From the human T2T-CHM13v2.0 reference genome, Homo sapiens: a stretch of 64,000 bases of DNA. Of this stretch, positions 28,861 to 42,163 are shown one piece after another. Each line of letters begins with the position of its first letter. The first letter of the stretch is position 1. The notes beneath the pieces were generated by a model. It saw only the letters and a program-made list of their open reading frames with translations, was not told the DNA's origin and made no database searches. A program made the translations under genes and the position numbers. The DNA is taken from assembly GCF_009914755.1 (NCBI RefSeq), contig NC_060927.1, one strand, 5' to 3'.

Positions 28861-31049
28861 GCAGAGAGGCAGCTTAGTTTTGGTCATGTCAGTAATTAGA
28901 AAGAAAGCAGGTGGGAAAAAACAGCTTTAACAGAGATGATTGGAGAGTTGACTGTGTATGTATTAATAGATCTATATATGTATGTGTATGCATGTGTTTG
29001 CATAATACATGCTCACAAACCACTGTGTAGTTATATCTATAAATATTATCTGGGTCCTGCAATTAGGGAGTTTTACTCTTTTTAGTATTTGCTTGTTTTA
29101 TTATTAACCAGATGTTGAGCAAGTCATTGTACCTAAGATTCAGCTTATACTTCTGTACAATGAAGGAGTTGAACAGATGGTTTTAGAGTCCTGTTCAATT
29201 CCAGTAATTTACAATTCTATCTGTACACATGGTTTGAGAGGAAGATATGTATGCCGATAGGGTTAGAGCTCAGCCTGGAATTCTATTCAACTAATATGAA
29301 ATTTCACATAGGTCATATGCTTTACCATGTGCTATTGATTCTGTTCACATTGGCAGCATTTGAAAGAAAGAAGAAAATGGCTGCTCCATATGTTTACGTG
29401 CAGCAAGAGGCGTGAAGACATTTAAAACTCTCTGTGAATGAGCGCAGAAATTTATGCTTGATACATTCTCAGTTGATCTTGGTTTCAAGGAGGCTAAATT
29501 TATTCCCATCTCTGTGGTGCAGTTTACCAACTTCAGCAATTATCTCTTTCTGAGAAAGTGCATCCTCTCCAAATGCAAGCATTTGTTGATTTGCTCACAA
29601 AATCTATGTCGTTATTATATCTGCATCTGGGGGCATGTAGTGGAGAAAGATCCTGTATAATTCACAGGAGACATATTCTGAAATGGGTGAATGTTCACAA
29701 AAAGTGGAGCAAGGAAGACCCCTGGATTGAATCATCAATCACAGGATGTAGCTTGAATCTATGATAGAAAAAAATATATACAAACCTGCAATGAGAACAC
29801 ATACAAAGAATGCTCATTGGTCTTCAGAAGGCTTTTGAGGCTCAGGAAGTCTCATCACTAAGACTGAAGTAGGCTGTCTAAAGTTTGGGCTTATTCTAGT
29901 TCTGAGAGCAAAAATACACAAAAGAGGAATTCCCAGTATTTGTTAATGTTGATGAAAGGACTCCATGAGCACCATTTTTCTATCTACTCAGAATATTTCA
30001 TTAAAGCTCATGACCAACCCAGAAGGATCCTCCCTTTTATCCCCACCAGGATGGAGAGCACACAGTAGTTCATTTCAAGGCTTGACCTCACTGCACAGCA
30101 AGGTATAATATTTCAATTCCCAAGATTCTCACATTTTCCCCCAGAATAAACAGAGACACAGGCAACAGTCAAATAATTCACAATTCTACCCATGTATTAA
30201 ACCTAGTACTACTCTGTTCTTGCACAAGTAACAAATATTCAATTAAGACCAAAAGAGAGCTGAGTGTTAGTTTTCATTTAGTTACTGCAAAGCATAGTCC
30301 TGTATTTTATTGTTTCTCTTTGTAAGAAAATGACTTGCCGGTGTATTTACAATCATGCTGACCGAAGCCAAAGCCTGGGTTTCCTGTTTGCTCTATGCTC
30401 TCTCATAACTATGGCCATAAAATGAAGCCCATGTGGTAGAAAGACTTAGTCAAGAAGACAGCTAATAACTAGATTAAAAAGCAGTGACTCCATTGATGAA
30501 AGTTAAGAAAAAAAATAGGGGAAGTATACTTAGAAAATAATAAATAGCAAATGCAAAACTTCTTTTCAACATAAATTTAAGTATTTAAGTCCATAGTGGG
30601 AAAATGTTAATCAGTAATGAAGATGTTGAGGTAAATAGAGGAACTGGCAGCGATTTTATATCCCCATAGGCATGGACATGTAGTAGCAAGCACACAACCC
30701 AAAAGTTATTAGAAATGTTCAATTTAAGACCTCTCCTGAAGTAAAATTGTGAATGGGTCCATTAGATATGCTCAGCCATGCTGGATGTCTTAACTATAAG
30801 TAAAACTCCCTTACTGATAGAGTCTAGGGCGTATTGTATCTAGAAAAAAATGGAAGAACTCTTTTGAATGAAACAATTTAGGAAGACAGGAAAAAACCAG
30901 ACAAGTGAAAATCCAATTATGTGTACCTAACGTCAACCTGTGTGATCATTCTCTGTTTAAATGTGGGATCAGTGATGCTGCCTCAAAGCTTGAGGATGAC
31001 GGGAGCAGGAACAGTCTGGCAGTTGGTATCATGCCAAAAACACCAGCTG

Positions 31050-31310
31050 GAGACACTGCAGAGCTGGCGGTTGAGAATATGGACTCCGAAATTACATAGA
31101 TAGGTCTGCCACTTATGAGTTGTGTGATAAAGGTACATCATCTCCCTAGGTCATGGGTTTCTTTTTTTTTTTATCTGTAAAACAGGCAAAATAACTGTAT
31201 TTACTTCTTTAGGCTATCTGTGAGGATTGAGAACGTGCATATATTCTTTGCACTTAGTGCAGCATCTGATACTTTGCAAACCCACTGATTAATGAGCTAT
31301 TATTCATTGA
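31050..31310 (+). mobile_element. MIR
   Basis: tctgccacttatgagttgtgtga...atctgtaaaacagg...gtgaggattgaga. Confidence 0.7.
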
Positions 31311-31343
31311 GTAATTTAACATATGTTGAAGGTTCCAAATGTG

Positions 31344-31456
31344 GGAACTATGTTTAACTTAGAACTAAGCTATTTAATATATATGTTAAATGTTAAATAT
31401 ATGTTAATGTTTATGTTAAATGTTAAATAGCTTAGTTTGAAGGTAAACATAGTTCC
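31344..31456. repeat. Inverted repeat, 36-bp arms (32/36) with 41-nt loop
   Basis: ggaactatgtttaacttagaactaagctatttaata versus reverse complement of tgttaaatagcttagtttgaaggtaaacatagttcc. Confidence 0.92.
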
Positions 31457-31659
31457 TGTTATGGCAATGATAATGATTATGGTGACAGTGATGTTGACGA
31501 TGATGTTGCCATATTAGTTTCTTAGAACATTAGTTTCTGGCCATTCTTCAGTGGTTGAAGGTGTTAGAACAGGGTTTACAGCACATCTGGACCTTATCTA
31601 TACAATGGTGTTACAATAATAAATACCTATGCAGAACAAATACCTAAATTGGTTAAGCT

Positions 31660-31710
31660 TGTATGTGTGTGTGTGTGTGTGTGTATGTACATACATGTGT
31701 ATGTACATGT
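31660..31710. repeat. (TG)n microsatellite
   Basis: Direct read. Confidence 0.9.
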
Positions 31711-32659
31711 AATTGTGGGTAGAGCACTCAGGAAGGTCTGTCTTAGTACAGGACTAAGTAACAGTTGTTATTAATATCAGTTAATATCAGGACTAAGTAT
31801 CAGTTGCTATTAATATCATCATTAGCAGCAGCAACAACAGCAAACCAGTGGTGTTGGTGACAGCCAGAACATTTAGGGTCTGTCTCCTGGCAGCAAGGCA
31901 GCTAGGACAAGTGCCAATTAGAGACATCCATCTGGGGGCCTGGCAGTGGCAGAGAGCTGAGGAGGTGTCTATAATGGTACTTCCAGTAGTTTATCAAGTT
32001 GTAAGAGGATAGGGTTCCAAACAGAGTAGGATCCAGTGGTTCAAAATGATAACTTTGTAAATGCATTTTGCAACAACAACTAACATAAAGAAAATAGCAC
32101 GTAAAAGCCCTTAATGTTACTGTACTGGAATATGCTGCAGCACAGACTCCATTTTCCACCATAATCTTCCATTCCTCTCCACACGCAAACTCCCCTTGCT
32201 GATTTTAATCAGATATTTCACCTGAATGAAGAAACTTTGTTGGATGATGTAGCCCCACTTAATAATGACCTTAATTCATTTAGTCCTTGTGAGTCTATAA
32301 AGTATTTGCTTAACAGTCTATTTAAGAAGGCTGTTAGGAATTAGAGACAACTGCAATAATAATAGTAAGAGTAAAAAGTTATTGGGCATTTATATGCCAG
32401 ATACAGCACCTCAGTTTTGTATGCACTATCACCCTTAAACTCAAAACAACCCTCTGGGAGAGGTATTATCCTAAGTTCATAGATAAGGGGTTACATGACC
32501 TACCAATAAAACCAGAGCTTGTAGAAGTCCAAGGCAGCATTTAAATTTAGGTCTGCCCAGGTCCAAAGCCTGGGCTTTTAATTGTCATGCTATGATGATA
32601 ACTATTGAAATTGAGTACCTGTCTTCATAAAGCTTACCATCTTGTAAAATACTCTGAAC

Positions 32660-33003
32660 CAATGGTTACCAAAATTTAGTTCATGAACCAGCAGCATCAT
32701 TGTCATCTGGCAACTTATTAGAAATGGGGATTTTGGGGCTCAGGCCCAGACTTACAGAATTGGAATCTCTGCAGGTGGGGTTGTCCTTGTTTTAACAAGG
32801 CCTCCAAGGGTTGTGTTTCTCAATCTTACCAGCCTGGGTTTCTACTCCAAGAAGACAAGGAGAGAGGGGAATTATTTCTCAGCTAAAGCTATACCTTAAG
32901 TACTCTGAGGTCAGACCAGAATCCATTTAGAATCCACTGGTCTGACCTCAGAGACTTTAATATATAAGGGGATTCTGATGCTTAAGAAAGGTTGAGAACC
33001 ACA
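32660..33003. mobile_element. MER5A-like hAT fossil interrupted by about 160 bp of other sequence
   Basis: accagcagcatc..catctggcaacttattagaaatg..aatctctg..ttttaacaag..ctccaag [insert] gattctgatgc..ttgagaaccac. Confidence 0.7.
32903..32953. repeat. Perfect 17-bp inverted repeat, 17-nt loop
   Basis: ctctgaggtcagaccag (32903-32919) / ctggtctgacctcagag (32937-32953). Confidence 0.95.
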
Positions 33004-33315
33004 TTAAGCACTCTTGAAAGACAAGTAAGGCAGAAATTATCAGTATCCCAATTTTACATATGAGAATCTGAGAGCACACTAACATGGTCAAGGTTATATG
33101 GCTGACATAAACAAAGCTGGACTCTAGATGTATTAGTCATGGTTGACTCAAAGAATAAGGTAAATACTGTTTTAACACATCCCCTTTAAGACACCTTCAT
33201 AGAGGAGAGAATGTCAGAGTCTTGTATTTAGAAAAAACAGTGAAGACCAGTTTTTTTTCTCTTGTAAAGTTTTTCCAGAGAACCTGGAAATTGCATTGAC
33301 CAAAACAGAAGTAAT

Positions 33316-33795
33316 TTGCACACAAATGTTCATAACAGTATTATTCATAATAGCCAAAAAGTGGGAACAATCCAAATGTCTATCAATTGATAAATAAGTA
33401 AAAAATGTGGTAGTCCCATACAGTGGAATATTATTCAGCCATAAAAAGGAAGGAAGTACTGATACTACAACATGGACAAACTTTGAAGATACCGTGCTAA
33501 GTGAATGAAGCCAGAGACAAAGGCCACATATTGTATGATTCCATTTATGGACTGTCCAGAATAAACAAAGCCATAGGGACAGAAAGTAGAATAGTATTTT
33601 CCCAGAGCCAAGGAGTGAGGGAGGATAAGGAACGACTGCTGTTGGATATGTGATGTCTTTTTAGGCTGATGAAAATATTCTGGCATTAGAAAGTGGTGAT
33701 GGTCACTCAACCTCGTGAGTACACTAAAAATCACTTAACTGTACATTTTAAAAGGCTGAATTGTATGATGTGTGAATTATATCTCCATAAAAACA
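33316..33795 (+). mobile_element. L1MB-like 3' fragment
   Basis: cacacaaatgttcataacag..aatagccaaaaagtgg..gaatattattcagccataaaaagg..gtgaattatatctc. Confidence 0.85.
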
Positions 33796-36044
33796 ATTAA
33801 ATATTCTGAGGAGAAAAAAAGTACTACTGTCTCCTGAGAGACACTGTCTGCTGTCAGGAAGTTAGAGTTGCTCAGAGCCAAATTCCCTGATACATGATAA
33901 ACAGAATTACATAATTATAGTCCTATCCCAGTTCTCTCATTTTACACACAAGTACACTGATTTGTCCAAAGTCCCACAGATAATGAGTGGCATAATCAGA
34001 TTCCAAGTTTCCCAAACTGTAATCCCAATCTGTCTTCCACTCCTCCGTTATGGAGCTTCCCTGTTGTGTGTTTTATAGTCATGGAAGGTGGCTGGGATTG
34101 GGGGCGGCGGGGAGGGGCAGTCACTGGTCTCTTACCACCACCCTGCCCAGCAACAATGTGCAACTTCTTTAATTAGAGAAAAGGAATAAAGCACAAACCT
34201 TCCTCAGAGAGTGAACTCTCTCATGTTAATTCACCTGAGGTGTGATATTGGATTCCACCCCAAGAGCAGGGAGACTTAAGACTTCTAGAGGGCAAAGGAG
34301 GGCAGCCTCTGTGGTGTGAGAGTGATCTTGAAGATGCAGGATAGGCAGTCACTTCACCTATTTTCAATTTTGTCCTAGATTGGCATCCCTAGGAAGCAGG
34401 ATATCTTTTCATTTCCTGCCAAACCTCCTGGTGGCCAAAATTAAAAATCCATATTGAGTCAGTAATTAAACTTCCCCCTACCTGAGGGTTATGTCCCAGA
34501 CCAATGCTTTAAAAAGAGTTCTGATACAAAAAAAAAAAAAGCAGTTTAATGGAGAAAGACTATCTGAAGAAAGAATGATGTCAAATAGATTTAAAACGTA
34601 TGAATGCAGCAATATATATGTTGCTTGGGCTGCATAAGTAAAAAGAGACAAAAATCAATCTAAACTCCCCAGTTTCAACTATATTGTTTCCACATGCGTG
34701 ACATCTATACCAGAAAAAAACTAACAAAACTAGAAATGCATTCCTCTTGGAATGGAAACAAATGTCAAAACAAACAACTCAGGATAAACTTGAGCTAGAG
34801 AAGAAAGCTTTGCTCTACTCTTTTCTAAGGAGCTTTGAAGATCTGGCCATGGTTGACATAACAACTCATTGCAGCAAATATGTTACTTCAACAGGGAGCA
34901 TTTCACAGATTGTCAAAGTTGTCTTCTCATCCCATCCAACCTATCTTGGGGGAGGGTGAGAAAACCGAAGAGCAAAAAGATTAATTCATTTGCCCAAGTT
35001 CACATGGCTAAGTGCTTTCAGATACTGGGAATGTTTGATTTACTTGAATCAAAATAGTGAGAATGTCTTCCTGAATTATACTTGATAATGGTTTTCTAGT
35101 TACATTATAACATGTCTAAGCTCTATATAAATGAAAATGAATTTTATTAAGAGTGTTTTAGTATTTGATTGGCTTTGTCAAAAGATTTCAGATAGTGGTT
35201 TTGGGGAACTTGGTGAATGCCCATGCAGTTTTTGATACAGTGGCAAAGAATATTTGTAGAAGATATGACTTTTTAAACTCTAGAACTTATAATTCCTCAG
35301 AAAATATTTACGCATTCTTTATTTATTAATTTATGAATGAAATAACTGTTCATTCATTTAATAACAATTTGTTAAACACCTATATTATTGGGTACTGATA
35401 GATGTTGGGTGTACCGAGATATCTGTGATTTAGTCCATGAATTTAAGGAGTTTATAATCTTGTGGGCTGACACAATTTGTTTCAAACTCTGTTCTGCCAG
35501 ATTTAAGTGAGAAATCCAGGCAAAATACAATGTTTCTGTCAATGAACCATATTGTTACAGTATCAGAAGCTACTGCCTTGGTACAGCCCACAGTGGATAA
35601 GATCATGGTCCTGGGGCTGAGAAAAATCTGGGTTCAAAACCTACCTGTAATTATAGTTGCTCAGTGTATGAGCTTGAGGAAATTGCTTAATTCTCTGAGA
35701 AAACATTTAAAATAGCCCAGTAACTGCCCTATAGTCAGCACTTAATAATAATGTCTATTGTAGTCATTTATTAATAACAAAAGGGCATGGCCTCCTCTCT
35801 TTATCGCTGAGCTCCAATGCAAGTAAAACACTTCCATCTACTTTACCTTCAATGGGTCCTAACTTGCATAGTAGGAATAAAGAAAAAAGGAAAATTGTGG
35901 GAGTAGGAGGGAAAGAGAGAATGCCATGAGCCGCATGCCTTCTGGCCTTTCTGTCATTTTCCAGGTATCTATTCTTCCAAGTAGGAGGGTCAAAAGTGGT
36001 TGTGTTTAGTTTTGTTGTAAAGTTGACCAAGAACGGAATAGGTC

Positions 36045-36355
36045 TGCCGGGCACAGTGGCTTGTGCCTGTAATTCCAGCACTTTGTGAGGCTGAGGCGGG
36101 CGGATCACCTGAGGCCAGGAGATCGAGAACAGCCTGACCAACATGGCGAAACCCCATCTCTACTAAAAATACAAAAATTAGCAAGGCATGATGGCAGGTG
36201 CTTGTAGTCCCAGCTCCTCAGGAGGCTGAGAATCACTTGAATTCAGGAGGTGGAGGTTGCAGTGAGCTGAGATCGTGCCACTGTACTCCAGCCTGGATGA
36301 CAAAAGCAAAACTCCGTCTCAACAAAAAAAAAAAAAAAAAAAAGAATAAAAAAAA
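36045..36355 (+). mobile_element. AluS
   Basis: Full dimer, long A-tail; flanks ggaataggtc / ggaacaggtc. Confidence 0.93.
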
Positions 36356-36490
36356 GGGAACAGGTCACAATTTCCCTCACTATCAAATAATTGTTTGCAT
36401 TTAAGGGGAAGGAGGAAGAAAACAAGCTTGATGCCTATTTTGTTTAATTATATTATTCTCAGGGTAAAACTGTATCTTGTTCTCTACAGT

Positions 36491-36570
36491 GGTAGGTAGG
36501 TAGGTAGATACGAAGTAGGAAGGTAGGTAGGTAGGTAGGTAGATAGATAGATAGATAGATAGATAGACAG
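36491..36570. repeat. Compound (TAGG)n(TAGA)n tetranucleotide STR
   Basis: Direct read. Confidence 0.95.
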
Positions 36571-36781
36571 AAAAAAATGTATATAAGCACTTTTTTCTGT
36601 ATTTTTACCAAGTCTGTTGGGCAATCTGTTGATATTTGAACTAGATAATTTTAAAAACAGAGGAAAATACTACATCACTCACCTAATATTTTGTCATTAA
36701 CTACAAATAATTATTATTTTAACTGATGTTTTTACATCAAAACATGACTTAAAAGTCCTAAGCAAATTTTTCACTACTGAT

Positions 36782-37477
36782 GATGGTAATGATTAAAAAG
36801 TCAGGAAACAACAGGTGCTGGAGAGGATGTGGAGAAATAGGAACACTTTTACACTGTTGATGGGAGTGTAAACTAGTTCAACCATTGTGGAAGTCAGAGT
36901 GGCGATTCCTCAGGGATCTAGAACTAGAAATACCATTTGACCCAGCCATCCCATTACTGGGCATATACCCAAGGGATTATAAATCATGCTGCTATAAAGA
37001 CACATGCACATGTATGTTTATTGCGGCACTATTCACAATAGCACAGACTTGGAACCAACCCAAATGTCCATCAGTGATAGACTGGATTAAGAAAACGTGG
37101 CACATGTACACCATGGAATACTATGCAGCCATAAAAAATGATGAGTTCATGTCCTTTGTAGGGACATGGATGAAGCTGGAAACCATCATTCTGAGCAAAC
37201 TATCGCATGGACAAAAAACCAAACACTGCATGTTCTTACTCATAGGTGGGAGTTGAACAATGAGAACACATGGACACAGGAAGGGGAACATCACACACCG
37301 GGGCCTGTTGTGGGGTGGGGGGAGGGGTAGGGATAGCATTAGGAGATACACCTAATGTTAAATGACACGTTAATGGGTGCAGCACACCAACATGGCACAC
37401 GTATACATATGTAACAAACCTGCACATTGTGCACACGTACCCTAAAACTTAAAGTATAATAAAAAAAAAAAAGAAAA
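36782..37477 (+). mobile_element. 5'-truncated L1PA3/4-like element
   Basis: ORF 36885-37256 is the ORF2 C-terminus; 3' UTR ends cctaaaacttaaagtataataaaaaa. Confidence 0.95.
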
Positions 37478-37876
37478 GTAACCCAATACAGAGGGGGAGA
37501 AAAAAAAAAAAGCTAATGAGGCTAGCTAGGCTCAGTGTTTCTAGGAATGATGTAACTAGAACCATGTGACTTTTATCATATATTTCATCAATGAAGATAA
37601 TAAATGCTTAAACAAGATAATTACCATCCTCCTTCCTCTCTGTTAAATGCTTCAAATACATTATATAATTTATACTGGGCTCAGAGTAGCCCTAATATGG
37701 CTAATATTGGTACCTCTGTACCTCTGTATTATAGATGGGGCAACTAAATTGGGTCAAGTAAGTGGCTGAAGGTCACACAAGCATGGCCTCCCCAGAACCA
37801 GATACTTCCCACCTACTTTGTCCTAGTCAACCTTAGCTTCCGACCTTACTGTGTTCCTTCCAGTGCAACATTCTCC

Positions 37877-38205
<329 letters not shown>

Positions 38206-39604
38206 TGCACCCCTCCACCAACACTCTTCTTTTTATAGTCCCTGTGCGGAAACTCAAACCATTTGTCCCCTGTCCCAGTGCCTCTTCAGTCTAGTCCTTC
38301 AATAGCTTCCTCCTCAGTTACTGATTTGCTACATGACTATGGAGACAACCAGATTAAACTGTGTAGATGTCATTTCCCATTGCTTTATTTCTGTAACTGC
38401 AACCACACTGTAGTGATTTCTGCTTTCCCTCAAGAAGACAACTGTCCTCCAACACCCAACATTTTATCTCTGAATTGTTACCTTATTTACTCTGCAGCCC
38501 CTACAGTAGCAGTCATTATGTCTCCTCCTGACCTACTCTGGTATGTTCTTTCTCCCTTCCTCCTTCCCTCCTTTGATTTTTCAGTCTAATTATATCTTAG
38601 CTTAGAATATAAACTTTTAGCTAATGAAATTTTCTTCAAACATGCCTTCAAACCCCAGCTGTTCATTTCCCTCTGAGTTAAAATGAGTAAAGTTTTGATT
38701 ATGTTTGTTTAAAATTCACTAGGCTAATATATCCATATATTGAATGTATTCCATATACATTATCTTCTGTACTTCTTTAAAGGCAAATGTGAAATTCTCT
38801 AACAAAGTCTTTCCTATAAAAAAATATGACACACCACTCTCAGGGGAATTATGATAATTCAAAGAACAAACCAAACCAAATTAAACTCACATCTTTTCTG
38901 AGCAAAAGAGTAAATAATAAAAATGCAGAAGTATTGTTTGTTAGGGTCAACAGCTTTTGCTAGAACCTGATGTGATATTCTGTATAGAATTTTGTTGGGA
39001 AGTTATGAAGTACTGATAAGACAGGCAAATATTATTTGCACACAAATGATCCTTGCAAAATAAAAATTTTCAAGTGGAGATAAATTCTTCCTTATCCTCT
39101 TTAGTTCTTCAGCAGGGTTCTTGGATACCGTCTTTGGGAATGCTCTTCTCTCCAATGTTGTGATATTTACATGAAAACTTTGGTTTTAATGTAATATTTA
39201 TCTAACTAGATATAACCAGACTTGAAGGTGATTCTCTAGATTTCTTGTACCTCCCTTATGATTTCAGCTATGCGCTCGATTCAGTTGAATTTAAGAAGAT
39301 TATCAATGGCATTTCATAATTGTTTATGGATTTCATATTATTTAAACTTGCTCTCCAGTTCAGTAAATAAATTTTAGAGGAAATCAATATTATGAATTTT
39401 TTTTCAGTTATTAGAAATTGCTTTTGAGTTTTAGTCTTTTTCTTTCTTTCTTTTTTTTCTTGGTGTAATTGTAATAGAAACCCAAGGAGTCTAGAACTGT
39501 ACTTGCTACCTTCTGGTTTTGTGACTTTGATCAAATCACTCTGCCTCTCAGGATTTCAGACTCTGCACAAGTAAATAGTGAGATGGAGCACAAGTGAGCT
39601 TTCT

Positions 39605-39965
39605 AGGTCAGCGTTTCCCAAAATTTTATCATCTATTTTTGTCCAATCTCTACGCTCCCTGTATTATTATTCTCTTTAATTTTTTATTAATTATGTTTTT
39701 TTTTTACTTGAAGGAACTTTATCACAGCAGTATCACTTGTTATAAGTAAAAAGTAGCCGTAAAGATAAAGACAACAGAAACAAATGTATTAAAGCCTGGC
39801 ACGTCCTCAGAAGACTCTGCTCCTGAGCCTTGATAGTTCACCACAAATATAAGACTGTCATGTGTCAGAGAGATTTTAAAGACATGCTGGCACCAAGTGA
39901 GACTTTATTTTTAGTTTAATCAGAAGAACTCAAAGAGAATTAAGTGAAAGAGGAGTGACTTATTC
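39605..39965. mobile_element. Possible hAT-Charlie fossil fragment
   Basis: Begins cagcgtttcccaaa (hAT-TIR-like); internal text resembles Charlie-family MERs. Confidence 0.35.
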
Positions 39966-39979
39966 TTAAGTGAGTTAGG

Positions 39980-40286
39980 TTTTGTTTGTTTGTTTGTTTG
40001 TTTTTTGAGACAGAGCCTCGCACTATTGTCTGGGCTGGAGTGCAGTGGTGTGATCTCGGCTCACTGCAACCTCTGCCTCCCAGGTTCAAGCTATTCTCCT
40101 GCCTCAGCCTCCAAGTAGCTGGGATTATAGGCTCTCACCACCATGCCCAACTAATTTTTTGTACTTTTAGTAGAGACGGGGTTTTACTATGTTGGCCAGG
40201 CTGGTCTTGAATGCTTGACCTCGTGATCCACTCGCCTCGGCCTCCCAAAGTGCTAGGATTACAGGTGTGAGCCACCACGCCTGGCC
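39980..40286 (-). mobile_element. AluS
   Basis: Antisense dimer; TSD tgagttag on both sides. Confidence 0.93.
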
Positions 40287-41204
40287 ATGAGTTAGTACTT
40301 TTTTAGTGCCTGATCTCTGTACAATCCAAAAATTATCTCCCATTCCAGTGTTGTGCATCTTGCATTTTTAGAAATGCTAATGTAAAGAGGAAGCATCTTC
40401 CAGCTCTAAAAAAAAAAAAAAAAAAAAAGTGGATGCTGTAATGCCCCAATGTAATAATATATTCTGGCAACAGTGATCCAGATGAATCATATTTTTGTGT
40501 GTGATCAGTTTTTCTTTCTACATTTTTCATATAGGTAAATATTTGTTGTGTATTTTAACTCATGTACTAGGTAAAAGTTGATGTAAATCAATTTGGGGCT
40601 AAGATGTAATAATACTGTTGCCTTTATGGTTTAATTTAATGATGTTGAAAAGCTTTCTAAGTAGTAAAACTATAGCTCATTTTATTCCTTGCCTCTCCCC
40701 ATCCATAATAGCATGCAATGAGTGACATAAAGGGGCCAGATTAACCCCTGAACTGCAGCCCTAGAACAGCGATGGCCTGGCATAGAAAGTTATTGTGACT
40801 GGAGATCCTTTAATCACCAGAGTATTTTGACAGAGTGCTGAGTAGTTGCGGCATTAGTAGTAGGAGATTTGACACAGAAACCATTCTTAAAGTCTTGGGG
40901 AGCCCAGTTGGCTCTTAAAAACACAACTTGGAATTCCTTTAGTTTCAGTGCCTTATTTTTACCTTTCTTTGAAGTGCCTTTTTGTTCACTGATCTGTTAA
41001 AAGTGCAATCTTGTTTCTGTTTTTAGCCATCCATTGCTATTACCATAATAAGCCCAGTGTTTCAAACATGTGTGTCTTAGAGTATAATTCTTCCTTACTC
41101 AAGACTACTCAAGCCATTCCTTCCCTCCCACAAAGATGATATCTGAATTGTGCAGGCATTGGAAGAATGCAAGTGTCATTCTCAACTTTTTTTTCACCTC
41201 CATA

Positions 41205-41683
41205 AAATAAAAACAAACATTTATGACCTCATGCAAACTTTTTGGGTCAGGAATTTGGGAGCAGCTTAGCTGGATGGTTCTGATTCAGGAAATTATACTC
41301 CAGTATCAGCTGGGGCTGCGGTTGCTGAAGGTTTGACTGCGGCTAGAGCACCCACTTTCAAGTTGGCTCAGTCACATACGTGACTGGCAGGCTCATGCCA
41401 GGTGTTGACGGTAGGCCTCTCTTCTGTACCGCATGGAGCTCCCTATGGCTGCTTGAGTGTCCTCGTGACATGGCCTGTGGCTTCCCTCAGCAGATGATCC
41501 AGAGAGAAAGTAAGAGGAAGCCAAGTGGCTTGTTGCAGAAGTCACAGTTGTCAGTTCCATAATATTCAATTTATTATAAGCGAGTCATTATTTTCTGCCC
41601 CACACTCAAGGGAAGGGAAATAAGTTCTATATTTTAGAAGGGGGAGTGTCAAAGAATATTTGGACGTAATTTCAAACCACCAC
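41205..41683 (-). mobile_element. MLT1 (MaLR) solo LTR, F/G-like
   Basis: aaacaaacatttatgacctca..gggtcaggaatttgggagcagcttagctggatggttc..gcttgagtgtcctcgtgacatggc..ttcaaaccaccaca. Confidence 0.8.
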
Positions 41684-41845
41684 AATCTGTTCCTCTCCTT
41701 TGCTTTCATACTGGGACAAACTGTCGTCAGTTCTTACCTACACAACATAATACGATTCTGGTTGGTCTTCCCTCATCTTCACTGCTCTTCCACTCTTGTG
41801 CATTTCTAATCCATTCTCCATGGAGAATCCCAAGTGATCATTTGA

Positions 41846-42163
<318 letters not shown>

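Noticed and set aside
31380-31420. Short spaced repeats resembling a CRISPR-like array
   Set aside because: Degenerate AT microsatellite with no unique spacers, in a mammalian intron.
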